This document shows, in pieces, positions 9,123 through 18,867 of a stretch of DNA of 64,000 nucleotides. The DNA is from Saprospiraceae bacterium (GTDB taxonomy: Bacteria; Bacteroidota; Bacteroidia; Chitinophagales; Saprospiraceae). The position numbers were made by a program, and so were the translations under genes. The stretch covers positions 364,743-428,742 of the forward strand of contig JAGNXB010000001.1 in the NCBI GenBank assembly GCA_017985675.1, read 5' to 3'. The stretch's first letter is position 1, and every line of letters begins with the position of its first letter. Under the pieces are notes generated by a model. That model saw only the letters and a program-made list of their open reading frames with translations, did not search any database and was not told the DNA's origin.

Positions 9123-10724
9123 TTAAATTTTGGATGGTGCTTTTACTGCATTTCGCGGAAAAAGCAATACATGATTAGTATTTTCAGCCAGAAAGTAATA
9201 TTCAACTTTTTCATTCATTAGGCCCAAACTCAGGGTGAATGTTGTTCCTGTCTTTGAGGGTGGCTGCGTACTGCGTTTCATGGCCGTTTTTGTAAAAACT
9301 GTTGTACCTGTTTTACGCCAATAAAGAAATACGTTATCTGCATTTTTTACAAGACATTGAAAAGCAATCGTCTTTTTCAAACGTTTGCCACTTTTTTGGT
9401 TTATTATGGGCTGTTTTAAACTGAATATAGGATGTTGATCCAAGAACCTCAGCCGCCCTTCCATGAGCGATTCAATACCTATTATGGGTACCTTTCCAAT
9501 CACTACACTATCCCTGGCATTTTTTACAAAATCCCCGTAGGTATAAAGCCCAATTGTTTCTTCTTTAACAGCGACATCGATCAATTTCTGCCACGTAGCA
9601 ATGAGTTGTTTGTATTTTCCATTGCGAATGAATTCATCCAGGATAGTACGAATATGTGCCATATACACTTTCCGATAGAAAGGAACTGCAAGTAGTTGCT
9701 TGATTAAAGGTCTGCTGGGATTATCTTCATGAAGGAATATGGGGAGTTCATACAATTGTGTATCGGACAAATTCACTTTTTCGGCCATTCTAAACCCACC
9801 CAAGGAGAGGTTCAAATCCCAGATTAGCGGGACGAATCGGCCGTCATTTAACTGGTAAATGAAATAATTGTGGCACAATCGTCCACTGTAACTATCAAGA
9901 TTAACCAGCACGTTATTAAAAGCAAGCATCCACAAAGTACGATCGATATCGAGAAGACTATCCAAAGGCGGAGCTTCTTGATTTAGCCTTTCTGTGAGTG
10001 AAATGAAAGCGTTCCAGCCTGTATCAGATTTGATTTCATACCATGGCGTGTAACAAGAAGGATCCGAACCTAGATATTCAAGACTGCATTTGTCAGTTGA
10101 AGGGCAATTTTGCTCGGAAGGCTGTTCCCAATCGGGATCGCATTTAAAAAAGGCCCCCTCTTTTTCATTTAACCAGGATTGAAGGAATACCTTGTCAAGA
10201 TCCTGAGTAAGGGTATAAACTCCAAAATACTCGTCATTTACAACTACGCGGGCAAAAGCACTTTTGGGTGCAGGCATGTAATGACCAGCGATGTAGTAAG
10301 ATAGTACATCCCGCATATAACTGGGATCTCGGAACCCATTCGACAACTTAATATTTTTATAACCTACCGGGAATTGTCCATTTTTCTTAAATTCATTGGC
10401 ATCTAGTGTAAACGGTAATTTTCTGGATCCTTGTTTTTTGACATTATTAAATGAACTGTTTCCCTTAAAACGTACACCAATACTATCCATTTTGAACCCA
10501 TCAAACCAGATAGTAGCCGCAAGTTTGTCTTTGCGGTCATTGGACTTGTAGGATTTAAGTCTATTTTCCCAATTTGGGTCCTCGAATTGAATTTTTATCT
10601 CATAGAGATGAAAAGGATCAATGCCAGAAGCCGGTTTTTGACTAATGACACGGCCGTAAACAAGGAAGCAGGCTAAAAAAAAGATTAAAAATCTGACCCT
10701 GATGATCATTTTAGTTAAGATCAT
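9123..10724 (-). CDS. CotH-family protein (secreted, atypical kinase fold family)
   Basis: Matches remembered CotH signatures (RDPSYMRDVLSYYIA, YFGVYTLTQDLDK, NYFIYQ...IWDLNLSLG). It has a hydrophobic N-terminal signal. The alternative ATG at 10709 would remove the overlap with the upstream paralog. Confidence 0.75.
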   Translation of the reverse strand: MILTKMIIRVRFLIFFLACFLVYGRVISQKPASGIDPFHLYEIKIQFEDPNWENRLKSYKSNDRKDKLAATIWFDGFKMDSIGVRFKGNSSFNNVKKQGSRKLPFTLDANEFKKNGQFPVGYKNIKLSNGFRDPSYMRDVLSYYIAGHYMPAPKSAFARVVVNDEYFGVYTLTQDLDKVFLQSWLNEKEGAFFKCDPDWEQPSEQNCPSTDKCSLEYLGSDPSCYTPWYEIKSDTGWNAFISLTERLNQEAPPLDSLLDIDRTLWMLAFNNVLVNLDSYSGRLCHNYFIYQLNDGRFVPLIWDLNLSLGGFRMAEKVNLSDTQLYELPIFLHEDNPSRPLIKQLLAVPFYRKVYMAHIRTILDEFIRNGKYKQLIATWQKLIDVAVKEETIGLYTYGDFVKNARDSVVIGKVPIIGIESLMEGRLRFLDQHPIFSLKQPIINQKSGKRLKKTIAFQCLVKNADNVFLYWRKTGTTVFTKTAMKRSTQPPSKTGTTFTLSLGLMNEKVEYYFLAENTNHVLLFPRNAVKAPSKI

Positions 10725-12333
10725 TCAAGGATGCAGAAAGCTTTTTCTTTCTGTAATCCTGAGGAAAGAAGCTAACACCGGCAGTCCCTTCAACCATTAA
10801 ATAATATTCAATCGATGGTAATACAACATCACCGGGTTGAATAGTTATACTGTAGGATTCTTGACCAGCACTGAGACCATTATTTTGTTTCAAATCCATC
10901 AAGACTGAATTGAAATCAAGTTCATCATTTAAACGGTAATACAAATGCACTCTTTTGGGCTGCTTATCCGCCAGCACCTGAAATGTAAATGCATCAACGT
11001 TTGATTTTGCGTATTTATCTCTTTTCGTTAATTCAACGGTAACAATTTCTGGTGTCACAGCTCGAAAACGTTCCTGTTTTCTCAAAAAATTGGCCCGCGA
11101 TTGCATAAACGAAACTAGTCCAGGTATTTTACTCTTTGTGCCGGTTGTTTTTTCCAAACTTTTAGAAAACTCTTCAAACGTGTAGTATGTATCCTTTTCC
11201 TCAGACACGGCTTTAGATATAACGCTTTGAAGGGCCTTAGACCGAACAGCAAAGGCATCTTCTTTGAAATGATCTTGTATTATTTGTTTGATGTGGGAAA
11301 CGTAAATTTTGTTGTACAGCTCATTTGACAATAACACGTGGATGAGAGGTTTAGTGAGATTATCTTGATGCAGAAAAGGATTGAGTTTTTCAAGTTCTTT
11401 TTGAGAAAGGTCAGACCCATTTCCAGTATTTTTAAAACTACCAAAAGCAAGATTAAGGTCCCAAACAATCGGTGTGAAACGACCACTTTTGTTTCTGACA
11501 AGATAATAGTTGTGACTATGACGACCTGTGTAGCTACTTAAGTTGACTAAAACATTATTATAGGCTAACATCCAAAGTGTGGCATCGATATCCAGAACTT
11601 CATGAATTCTGTGGGGCTCCTTGCTTAAAACTCTTGTTAATTCTATGAGGTCAGGCCAACCCTCGCCTTCTTTTATAGTATAGTTATAGGGGTAACATCC
11701 GGGATCCTCTTCAAACTCAAGGTTTGCAAAAGTTCCTTTCCTACAGTTTTCAGGGCTTTTGTCTTTTTCCGTTTCAGGGCTACATTTAAATAAAGAGGTC
11801 CACTGATCCCCCCACTGTGCGGCCAAAAACAAGTTGTCTATAGGCTCCACATTGATATATAGTCCGGTATACTGATCATTGACATAAAGTTTGCAGAAAT
11901 TCGCCCTAGGCGATTTCATATAATCTCTGGCTATTGCAAACCCAAGGTATTCACGGAGATAGGAAGGATCTCTTAATGCATTTGACAAAGTCAGTCCAGT
12001 CAGTCCTTGATGATTTTGGTCAGGATGGATGTAGTCCAGTTTAAGTTGAAAAGGGTTTTTTGAGCCTTTGTAAGCGTAGGAAGCTTGTCCTCTATATCGA
12101 ATTCCGACATTGGGATATTTGACACCATCTATTTCTGCGGCTCCAACTATCATGCCTTCACCATACATTTTCATAGAGTCCAATACTTCAGACCAGTTAG
12201 ATTGCCGTATGGTAAGTCTGATTTCTGAAATATGGCCTTCTTCATAGATCGATGGAGACGATTGAGCAAATGCTTCTGTGTGAAGCGAGACCGCAAGAAC
12301 TAACGATACAAAGAGAAATGACAATCGTTTCAT
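10711..12333 (-). CDS. CotH-family protein (secreted), paralog of the downstream gene
   Basis: Its domain is collinear with 9123..10724 (RDPSYLREYLGFAIA, YTGLYINVEPIDN, NYYLVRN...VWDLNLAFG). Signal peptide from the ATG at 12333 (MKRLSFLFVSLVLAVSLHTEAFAQ), checked in the sequence. Confidence 0.75.
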   Translation of the reverse strand: MKRLSFLFVSLVLAVSLHTEAFAQSSPSIYEEGHISEIRLTIRQSNWSEVLDSMKMYGEGMIVGAAEIDGVKYPNVGIRYRGQASYAYKGSKNPFQLKLDYIHPDQNHQGLTGLTLSNALRDPSYLREYLGFAIARDYMKSPRANFCKLYVNDQYTGLYINVEPIDNLFLAAQWGDQWTSLFKCSPETEKDKSPENCRKGTFANLEFEEDPGCYPYNYTIKEGEGWPDLIELTRVLSKEPHRIHEVLDIDATLWMLAYNNVLVNLSSYTGRHSHNYYLVRNKSGRFTPIVWDLNLAFGSFKNTGNGSDLSQKELEKLNPFLHQDNLTKPLIHVLLSNELYNKIYVSHIKQIIQDHFKEDAFAVRSKALQSVISKAVSEEKDTYYTFEEFSKSLEKTTGTKSKIPGLVSFMQSRANFLRKQERFRAVTPEIVTVELTKRDKYAKSNVDAFTFQVLADKQPKRVHLYYRLNDELDFNSVLMDLKQNNGLSAGQESYSITIQPGDVVLPSIEYYLMVEGTAGVSFFPQDYRKKKLSASLNDLN

Positions 12334-12431
12334 AATAGAGAATGATAAAATGAGTGGCAATGATACTAAAAAACCCATTAAAGATGGCTATGAGCGATAA
12401 AAACTGCCTGTTAGTCACTTATGCTTGCAAC

Positions 12432-12926
12432 TCAAGATCGAACCTCTTCAAAGTTACCCGTCTGACGATTCTTTTGTACTTCATTCCACGCAAAGTACCG
12501 CCCATTCATAACCACATAAACACCTGGAGGTAGTACTTGGACAAAAGCCAAAGCAGAACCCAGGTTGAAAAAACCATCTGAGGATGTTCCAAAAGCATAC
12601 GGAATCATTGCGCCGGTCAACACAATCGTTTTGTCATCTAACTTTTCACTAGCCAATGCTTTTGCCGTTTCAACGACTCGGTCAGTACCGTGTGTAATAA
12701 GTATTCGGCTAGCTAAAGTTTTAGCGCAATTGTGGAGGATGATTTCTCGGTCAGTTTCGCTCATTTCAAGACTATCGACCATCATAAGTGTCTTGATGTC
12801 AATGTCTAGCGTGCATCGGCCACGTTCAAACATTTCAGATAGGTGGGTATTTTTGAAAAAAAGTTCACCTGTTATCAGGTTATACTCTTTGTCGAAGGTA
12901 CCTCCAGTTACAAATACTTGGATCAT
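12432..12926 (-). CDS. Short asparaginase-domain protein (L-asparaginase N-terminal domain family)
   Basis: VTGGTFDK near the N-terminus and HGTDR..., LTGAMIP resemble asparaginase/glutaminase active-site segments. At 164 aa it covers only one domain. Confidence 0.55.
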   Translation of the reverse strand: MIQVFVTGGTFDKEYNLITGELFFKNTHLSEMFERGRCTLDIDIKTLMMVDSLEMSETDREIILHNCAKTLASRILITHGTDRVVETAKALASEKLDDKTIVLTGAMIPYAFGTSSDGFFNLGSALAFVQVLPPGVYVVMNGRYFAWNEVQKNRQTGNFEEVRS

Positions 12927-12984
12927 AGGATTCCCACATTAAACATAATAGGTCAAAGATAGGGAAATCCTTGGATCCCCGGCC

Positions 12985-13473
12985 TTAGATTACCTTATCT
13001 GCGCAGCAAGAGGAAGCATAGGCATCGGGCTTCATTTTAAATGCAAAACCCATGCTCTTTATATATCCCATTGCTTCTTTTAGGGCGATGTTTGATTCGA
13101 ATTGAGGATCTGTGTTGATATCGGCGTGAACCTCCAAATCTACATGGTAACGGTCCAGCAACTCGTACAAATCATATGCAATTTCAACTGATCTGGAAAC
13201 TTCAATGATCATGCGTTCACGCAAAGACATTGCCCGCTTTAAGGTGGAATTTTGGATGAACATAAACCCGCCTTTTTTTTCTCTCTGAAAGACGATTACC
13301 GAAGCGAAATCAACATCTGCACCTTTGCTTTGAGAGTCAGTGCCAATACATACTTTAAGACGATGATTGCATTGTTTTTCGGAAAGAATAGTTTTTTCAA
13401 CTGCTTCCAAGATGGGTTCAACAATGATTTCACCATTTAATCTTCTCCAATTCATCCTGTTGTGGTTTCCCAA
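12985..13473 (-). CDS. RNase H-like YkuK/DUF458 family protein
   Basis: The CIGTDSQ segment and ~160-aa length resemble the YkuK family as I remember it. Function is unknown. Confidence 0.5.
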   Translation of the reverse strand: MGNHNRMNWRRLNGEIIVEPILEAVEKTILSEKQCNHRLKVCIGTDSQSKGADVDFASVIVFQREKKGGFMFIQNSTLKRAMSLRERMIIEVSRSVEIAYDLYELLDRYHVDLEVHADINTDPQFESNIALKEAMGYIKSMGFAFKMKPDAYASSCCADKVI

Positions 13474-13774
13474 AGATAGTCAAATTGACTTTAGAAGGGA
13501 ATCATCTGGTATATCATCTTATTATTAAATAAATTGTTGAGTAGACCTCCATTTAGTCTGCTCCGTTCGGGCTTTTTTTTATGCAAAGCTTTATTTTGCT
13601 TTAGATAAAATAGACAGTGACCTAGCAGACATATCAGTATTAAGTCAATCTTCGGTTGAATGATTAATCTTTAAGAAGGGGACACATGATCTTAAGCTAG
13701 CCTGACATATGTTGCATCGTAGGCCTTTTTAATAGTCTTGTATACTGAATCCGTGCTTAGGATGCAAAGGTGGG

Positions 13775-14458
13775 CTATGGCAGATGATCAAGCTTGCGTA
13801 ATTCCTGGCCAGAACAGTGGATGATGGGGCTGGGGAAATGCTCAATTAAGCGATAATCATGTGTTGCGAAAAGCACCGCTGTACCATTAGCCCGAGCCAA
13901 ATTTCTTATCAAACGCGTAATATCATCACTTGTCTCAGGATCTAAATTTCCCGCTGGTTCATCAGCCAAAAGCAATTTGGGGTCATTCAAAAGTGCCCTG
14001 GCAATGGCAAGCCGTTGTTGTTCCCCACCTGAAAGTTCAGCAGGATATCGATGACCGTAGGCAGACAGTTGGGTGTCTTTTAAAACCTTGGAAATCTGAT
14101 CATTTCGGGCAGTTTTAGAAGTCCAACCCGTTGCACACAGCACAAAATCAAGGTTTTCATATACAGTTCTTTCACGGAGCAGAAAAAACTCCTGGAATAC
14201 GATGCCTAAATTCCTCCTTAAGGCAGGAATTTGACGTTTAGTCAAGGTAAGCATGTTCATTCCAGTCACATTTACCCGTCCACCTTCCCATGGCCATTCA
14301 CCATATAATGCCTTGATTAGGCTTGATTTACCACTTCCAGTTCGACCGATGAGGTACAAAAATTCTCCGGGGACCATGTCAAAATGGATATTTTTCAGAA
14401 TAAGTTCTTTTCCTCGTAGAATGTGACTGCCTTCTATGTGGATGATCTTTTCCTGCAC
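13775..14458 (-). CDS. ftsE: FtsE-like ABC transporter ATP-binding protein
   Basis: Walker A GRTGSGKSS, signature LSGGEQQR, Walker B LLLADEP, and the FtsE-like segment IPALRRNLGIVFQEFFLL. No ftsX is adjacent. Confidence 0.7.
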   Translation of the reverse strand: MQEKIIHIEGSHILRGKELILKNIHFDMVPGEFLYLIGRTGSGKSSLIKALYGEWPWEGGRVNVTGMNMLTLTKRQIPALRRNLGIVFQEFFLLRERTVYENLDFVLCATGWTSKTARNDQISKVLKDTQLSAYGHRYPAELSGGEQQRLAIARALLNDPKLLLADEPAGNLDPETSDDITRLIRNLARANGTAVLFATHDYRLIEHFPSPIIHCSGQELRKLDHLP

Positions 14459-14562
14459 CGTTTCAGATTTGGCTTAAAGATATGCAAACTTAGGTTGTGG
14501 CTAATTTGTTACCCCTATGATGGGCTGTTCAGTTATCTTTACGCTCTTTAAGTTTGATTATC

Positions 14563-14955
14563 ATGAAGAAGATATATGTTATTGCAGGGATATTGATTTT
14601 GGCAGGCATTGTTCTGCTTGTTTCTGCCGCCGGAGATATGTCTACCTACAGTTCCTTTTCGGATGCAATCCAATCAGGTAACAAGGTCAAAGTCGTTGGA
14701 AAGCTAGCTAAAGACAAGGAATTGTATTACAACCCTACAGAAAACCCCAATTACTTTTCGTTTTACATCTCAGATAATAAAGGGGAAGTACGGAAAGTAG
14801 TCTTGAATGCTGCGAAACCTCAGGATTTTGAGCTTTCAGAACAAATAGTAGTGACGGGCAAGATGAAAGGCACTGACTTTTATGCTACCGAATTGCTGAT
14901 GAAATGTCCATCTAAGTATAAGGACGAAGAAATTTACCTGAAGACAGAGAGCTGA
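14563..14955 (+). CDS. ccmE: Cytochrome c maturation heme chaperone CcmE, CxxxY variant
   Basis: N-terminal membrane anchor and OB-fold-like body. The C-terminal KCPSKY occupies the place of the canonical HxxxY heme-binding motif. It lies directly upstream of ccmF. ATG at 14563 checked. Confidence 0.75.
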   Translation: MKKIYVIAGILILAGIVLLVSAAGDMSTYSSFSDAIQSGNKVKVVGKLAKDKELYYNPTENPNYFSFYISDNKGEVRKVVLNAAKPQDFELSEQIVVTGKMKGTDFYATELLMKCPSKYKDEEIYLKTES

Positions 14956-14969
14956 TTCCATTTGACTTT

Positions 14970-17798
14970 ATGACTGATATTACCTATTACGGTGAGCTAT
15001 TGTGGCCCGGCCAACTTGGACATCTGGCCATTTTGGCTTCATTTGTATTTGCATTACTAACTGCATTTGCATATGCCAAATCAGAAAAAAAGGCACAAGA
15101 CCATCAATGGTTAAGGCTTGGACGCATAGCCTTTTCGATACATGGAATAATGACTTTTATGGTGATAGGGTTATTATTTTACATAATGCTCAACAAGCAT
15201 TACGAGTATCAGTATGCTTGGGCTCACGTTTCTGATGATCTGGCCTTCAAATATATGTTTTCTGCATTTTGGGAAGATCAGGCTGGTAGTTTTTTACTTT
15301 GGGCGTTTTGGCACATACTATTGGGTTGGGTCCTTATCAAGGTTTCCGGCAAATGGGAAGCCCCGGTGATGGTTTCTTTATCTTTTGTGCAGGCCTTTAT
15401 CGTGTCTATGTTGTTGGGCATTTATTTGATACCGGGTAGTGACGCCATCAAGTTGGGCTTCAATCCCTTTGTATTATTGCGCGAAACTATGGATGCCCCC
15501 ATTTTCGCAAATGCTGATTATCTAAAACTTATTACAGGTAAGGGGCTAAACCCACTCCTCCAGAATTATTGGATGACGATACACCCCCCTACCCTTTTTC
15601 TGGGGTTTGCAAGTACTACGATCCCGTTTTGCTTTGCAATTGCTGCGCTTTGGCGGAGAGATTATAGAAGTTGGTTAAAACCCGTCTTGCCATGGGCATT
15701 ATTTAGTGGGTCAATTTTGGGTATAGGCATCCTTATGGGTGCAGCCTGGGCATATGAAGCACTGTCATTTGGAGGTTATTGGGCATGGGATCCTGTTGAA
15801 AACATGTCACTGGTACCTTGGCTGATTCTGATTGCAGGAATTCATACCAACCTGGTAGCAAAACAAAATGGACACTCCATCCGCGCTACCCTAATTTTTT
15901 ATGGTTTTTCTTTTCTGTTGGTATTGTTTTCTACATTTCTCACAAGGAGCGGCGTGTTACAAGACAGTTCGGTTCATGCATTTACAGAAATGGGCCTGGA
16001 GTGGCAATTAGTAGCATTCATTGTATTTTTTAGTGTTTGGTTTTTATGGCAATTCTTTCGGCAATATGCATCTATTGAAGTTAAGCAGGAAGAGGAATCC
16101 GTATCATCCAGGGAGTTTTGGATGTTCATAGGAAGTCTTGTTCTCCTATTTTCAGCAATTCTCATTACGTTTACCACTTCCATTCCGGTCTATAATAAGA
16201 TTGCCGACCTGTTGGGCTGGATGATCAGCCAGGATATGAGCGAATTTCATCGAAGTATGCCTCTTGATCCCATAGAACATTATAATAGATATCAATTTTG
16301 GATAGCGTTATTTATTGCAATCCTCAGCGGATTTGGCCAATATCTTCGATACAACATCTCACCTTCAAAGGATAAATGGAAAAGTCTGGGCATCCGGTTA
16401 GGCTTAATTTTATTGGGATCCGCATGTTTTACATGGTTGACCTGGTACTGGCTCCAATATTCTGGTTGGGCTTTTCATTTTTTAGTTGGAAGTGCCTGGT
16501 TTACAGTAATTGCGAATACGGACTACCTGATTTCATTTATTCGTGGCAACCTGTGTAGTGGGGCTTCCACATTATCACATATTGGTTTTGGACTTATGGT
16601 TATTGGTATTGTTGCTTCCGGTGTTAACAAGCAACACATATCCCAAAACCGGTTTGCGATGGAAGGCATTTTATCCGAGGATATAGTCAATAAAAACGTC
16701 CTATTATTCAAGGAGGCACCTTTATTAATCAACGGTTATAAAGTAACTTATCTGTCAGATACGTTAGTTGGGCTTATCCGAACCTATGAAATCAAATATG
16801 AGCGTCTCGGTGAAAGGGGTGAAATATTAGACTCCTTTAGACTATATCCCAACATACAATTTGATAAAGATTTTCAAAAGCAAGCTGCTTCAAATCCAAG
16901 CACAAAACGGTATTGGGCTAAGGATATTTTTTCTCATATAGCAGGGTTGCCTCCTGAACATGGAGATGCAGAGCGAGCCAAAGCCAAAGAGGACAGCCTT
17001 AAATACAAGTCATGGTTTATGATGCCGGGCAAGTCTGTTCAATCGGATCGTTTGAAATTGACACTTGATTCCTGGAGTAGTTCGGCGCAGCATCCGGATT
17101 ATGTACCTGAACTAAATGACATTGTGGTATCAGCGCATATTACTGTGCAAGAAACGGAGAGCGATACAAGTTATAGTCTATCGCCTTTTATTGTTTTGCG
17201 TGAAAACTTAGTCTACTCTTATCCGGACAAAAATGATCCTGTTGAGGTGAAAGTCAGGCTCAATGATGGTCTTTTTACCGGGTATCTGGTTCTTGATTCC
17301 CTTTTAAATTATGAGACAATTCAGCTACTCCAAGGTGAAACAAGGACCATTTCAGGTACTTCAATAAAACTTGAAGGTTTTGACAAAGAACCAGTTCATC
17401 CTCAGTATGTTAAAGAAGGCGAAGATATTGCTGTTGCTGCACGTCTACGAATTGCAGATGCAGATCAACCTGATTTTTCGGAGGTACAAGAGCCTGTTTT
17501 TTTAATCCGTCAGGGGCAAACCTACAATATAAAGACTTTTTCTCCGAGTTCAGGCATTCATATTCGTTTTATCAAGCTGGATCCTAACGATGGCAGGATC
17601 ACACTTTTAGTTGCCAAGCAACCAGGGTTTGAGGGAATGCCTGTTGAGATAGCTGAAAACTATAAACGAGAGGATTACATCGTCTTGGAAGCTATTATCT
17701 TTCCCGGCATCAATTTTTTCTGGTTAGGGAGCCTGTTTATGATGATTGGTCTTGGATTGGGGGCGTGGTATCGAAGGAAAGAAGCGCTCTCATCATGA
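14970..17798 (+). CDS. ccmF: Cytochrome c-type biogenesis protein CcmF-like (heme lyase) with long C-terminal extension
   Basis: Polytopic protein with the tryptophan-rich WWD motif (GGYWAWDPVENMSLVPW). At 942 aa it is about 300 aa longer than classical CcmF. The extra soluble region precedes a final TM helix. Confidence 0.8.
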   Translation: MTDITYYGELLWPGQLGHLAILASFVFALLTAFAYAKSEKKAQDHQWLRLGRIAFSIHGIMTFMVIGLLFYIMLNKHYEYQYAWAHVSDDLAFKYMFSAFWEDQAGSFLLWAFWHILLGWVLIKVSGKWEAPVMVSLSFVQAFIVSMLLGIYLIPGSDAIKLGFNPFVLLRETMDAPIFANADYLKLITGKGLNPLLQNYWMTIHPPTLFLGFASTTIPFCFAIAALWRRDYRSWLKPVLPWALFSGSILGIGILMGAAWAYEALSFGGYWAWDPVENMSLVPWLILIAGIHTNLVAKQNGHSIRATLIFYGFSFLLVLFSTFLTRSGVLQDSSVHAFTEMGLEWQLVAFIVFFSVWFLWQFFRQYASIEVKQEEESVSSREFWMFIGSLVLLFSAILITFTTSIPVYNKIADLLGWMISQDMSEFHRSMPLDPIEHYNRYQFWIALFIAILSGFGQYLRYNISPSKDKWKSLGIRLGLILLGSACFTWLTWYWLQYSGWAFHFLVGSAWFTVIANTDYLISFIRGNLCSGASTLSHIGFGLMVIGIVASGVNKQHISQNRFAMEGILSEDIVNKNVLLFKEAPLLINGYKVTYLSDTLVGLIRTYEIKYERLGERGEILDSFRLYPNIQFDKDFQKQAASNPSTKRYWAKDIFSHIAGLPPEHGDAERAKAKEDSLKYKSWFMMPGKSVQSDRLKLTLDSWSSSAQHPDYVPELNDIVVSAHITVQETESDTSYSLSPFIVLRENLVYSYPDKNDPVEVKVRLNDGLFTGYLVLDSLLNYETIQLLQGETRTISGTSIKLEGFDKEPVHPQYVKEGEDIAVAARLRIADADQPDFSEVQEPVFLIRQGQTYNIKTFSPSSGIHIRFIKLDPNDGRITLLVAKQPGFEGMPVEIAENYKREDYIVLEAIIFPGINFFWLGSLFMMIGLGLGAWYRRKEALSS

Positions 17799-18574
17799 TG
17801 CCGGTCACCTTAATCGGAGCAGGAAATGTTGCCTGGCATCTTGGGCATGCTTTTGTATCCTCCGGTATAACTGTTCATCACGTCTGGTCACGAAATCCTT
17901 TACATGCTCAACAGCTTGCTAAAGAATTGGGGTGCACTGGATTATTCAATCTGGACGAGGTATGTGACATTGATGGCTTGGTTATTCTTGCTATTCCGGA
18001 TCATGCTATCATAGACCTTATAGGTGTTTTTACTAAAAAACAATGGTCAAATTCACTTTTTGTCCATACTTCAGGCGGAACTACCCTTGATGTTTTTCCC
18101 AAAACGGGCATGAAATCTGGCGTATTTTATCCGTTACAGACATTGACCTATGGCCATGATGTAGATTTTTCAAAAGTGCCAATTTTAATAAGTGCATTTG
18201 AAGAAGAAGTCATTCAAGTGTTAATGACCTTTGCCCAAAAGATTTCTACTGTAGTCTATCGAATAAAAGATGAGGAAAGAGCCTATGTGCATTTAGCAGC
18301 CGTAATAGTCAACAACTTTGTCAACCATCTAGGCGGTCTTTCTCAGCTCATTCTTCGGGAACGAGGTTTGGATAAAACGATGTTAGATACATTGATTCTT
18401 GAAACGATGCATAAGGTTTTAAACTTTGATCCTAAAGAAGTGCAGACCGGGCCAGCCCGCAGAGGAGACATGGAGACCATCCACAGGCACCTCAAGCTTT
18501 TGTCAAATCATCCAGGGATTGCTACACTTTACAGGCAGCTAAGTTTGTCAATAAACCCTGGACTAAAGATTTAA
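17795..18574 (+). CDS. Rossmann-like / DUF2520 domain protein (ProC-like fold)
   Basis: MMPVTLIGAGNVAWHL dinucleotide-binding start. The ATG at 17795 overlaps the ccmF stop (ATGA), so I prefer it to the track start at 17765. Confidence 0.6.
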   Translation: MMPVTLIGAGNVAWHLGHAFVSSGITVHHVWSRNPLHAQQLAKELGCTGLFNLDEVCDIDGLVILAIPDHAIIDLIGVFTKKQWSNSLFVHTSGGTTLDVFPKTGMKSGVFYPLQTLTYGHDVDFSKVPILISAFEEEVIQVLMTFAQKISTVVYRIKDEERAYVHLAAVIVNNFVNHLGGLSQLILRERGLDKTMLDTLILETMHKVLNFDPKEVQTGPARRGDMETIHRHLKLLSNHPGIATLYRQLSLSINPGLKI

Positions 18575-18576
18575 TC

Positions 18577-18858
18577 ATGCGCGTTTTAGGTGAAATTCCA
18601 CATCCGGTTTTTAAAATAACAGTATTTATACACAATGATCGTTTCACTCTTCAAGTTGAAAACGGTATTTTTAGTCAACACTATCGGGTACGAAAGAAGC
18701 CTGGAATTGAATGTTTGGACGATTTCTGCCAAGTGGTAGACAAAACCTTTTTGGATGGCGTTGCCTCAATATTTAATACGATGCATGTCCACTGGCAGCG
18801 TCAGGTACTGGATCGTATGGACCCCACTAATGTCTCAGAGTTTGATAATATCCTATGA
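18577..18858 (+). CDS. Hypothetical protein (93 aa)
   Basis: The ORF starts 2 nt after the previous stop on the same strand. I recognise no motif. Confidence 0.45.
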   Translation: MRVLGEIPHPVFKITVFIHNDRFTLQVENGIFSQHYRVRKKPGIECLDDFCQVVDKTFLDGVASIFNTMHVHWQRQVLDRMDPTNVSEFDNIL

Positions 18859-18867
18859 TTCTACAGG

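Noticed and set aside
13474-13774. A 300-nt intergenic region was scanned for tRNA, SRP/6S-like RNA, a riboswitch or a terminator. I noted the palindrome AGTCAAATTGACT near 13483 and an imperfect long-loop inverted repeat TTGCATC...GATGCAA (about 13713-13770).
   Set aside because: There is no cloverleaf-compatible arms or conserved riboswitch core that I can recognise. The hairpins are short, AT-rich or have >30-nt loops. There is not enough evidence for any call.
13775-14458. Considered whether the ABC ATPase divergent from ccmE/ccmF is the missing CcmA.
   Set aside because: The sequence carries the FtsE-like segment (IPALRRNLGIVFQEFFLL) and FtsE-like length. It is on the opposite strand and has no ccmB/ccmC next to it.
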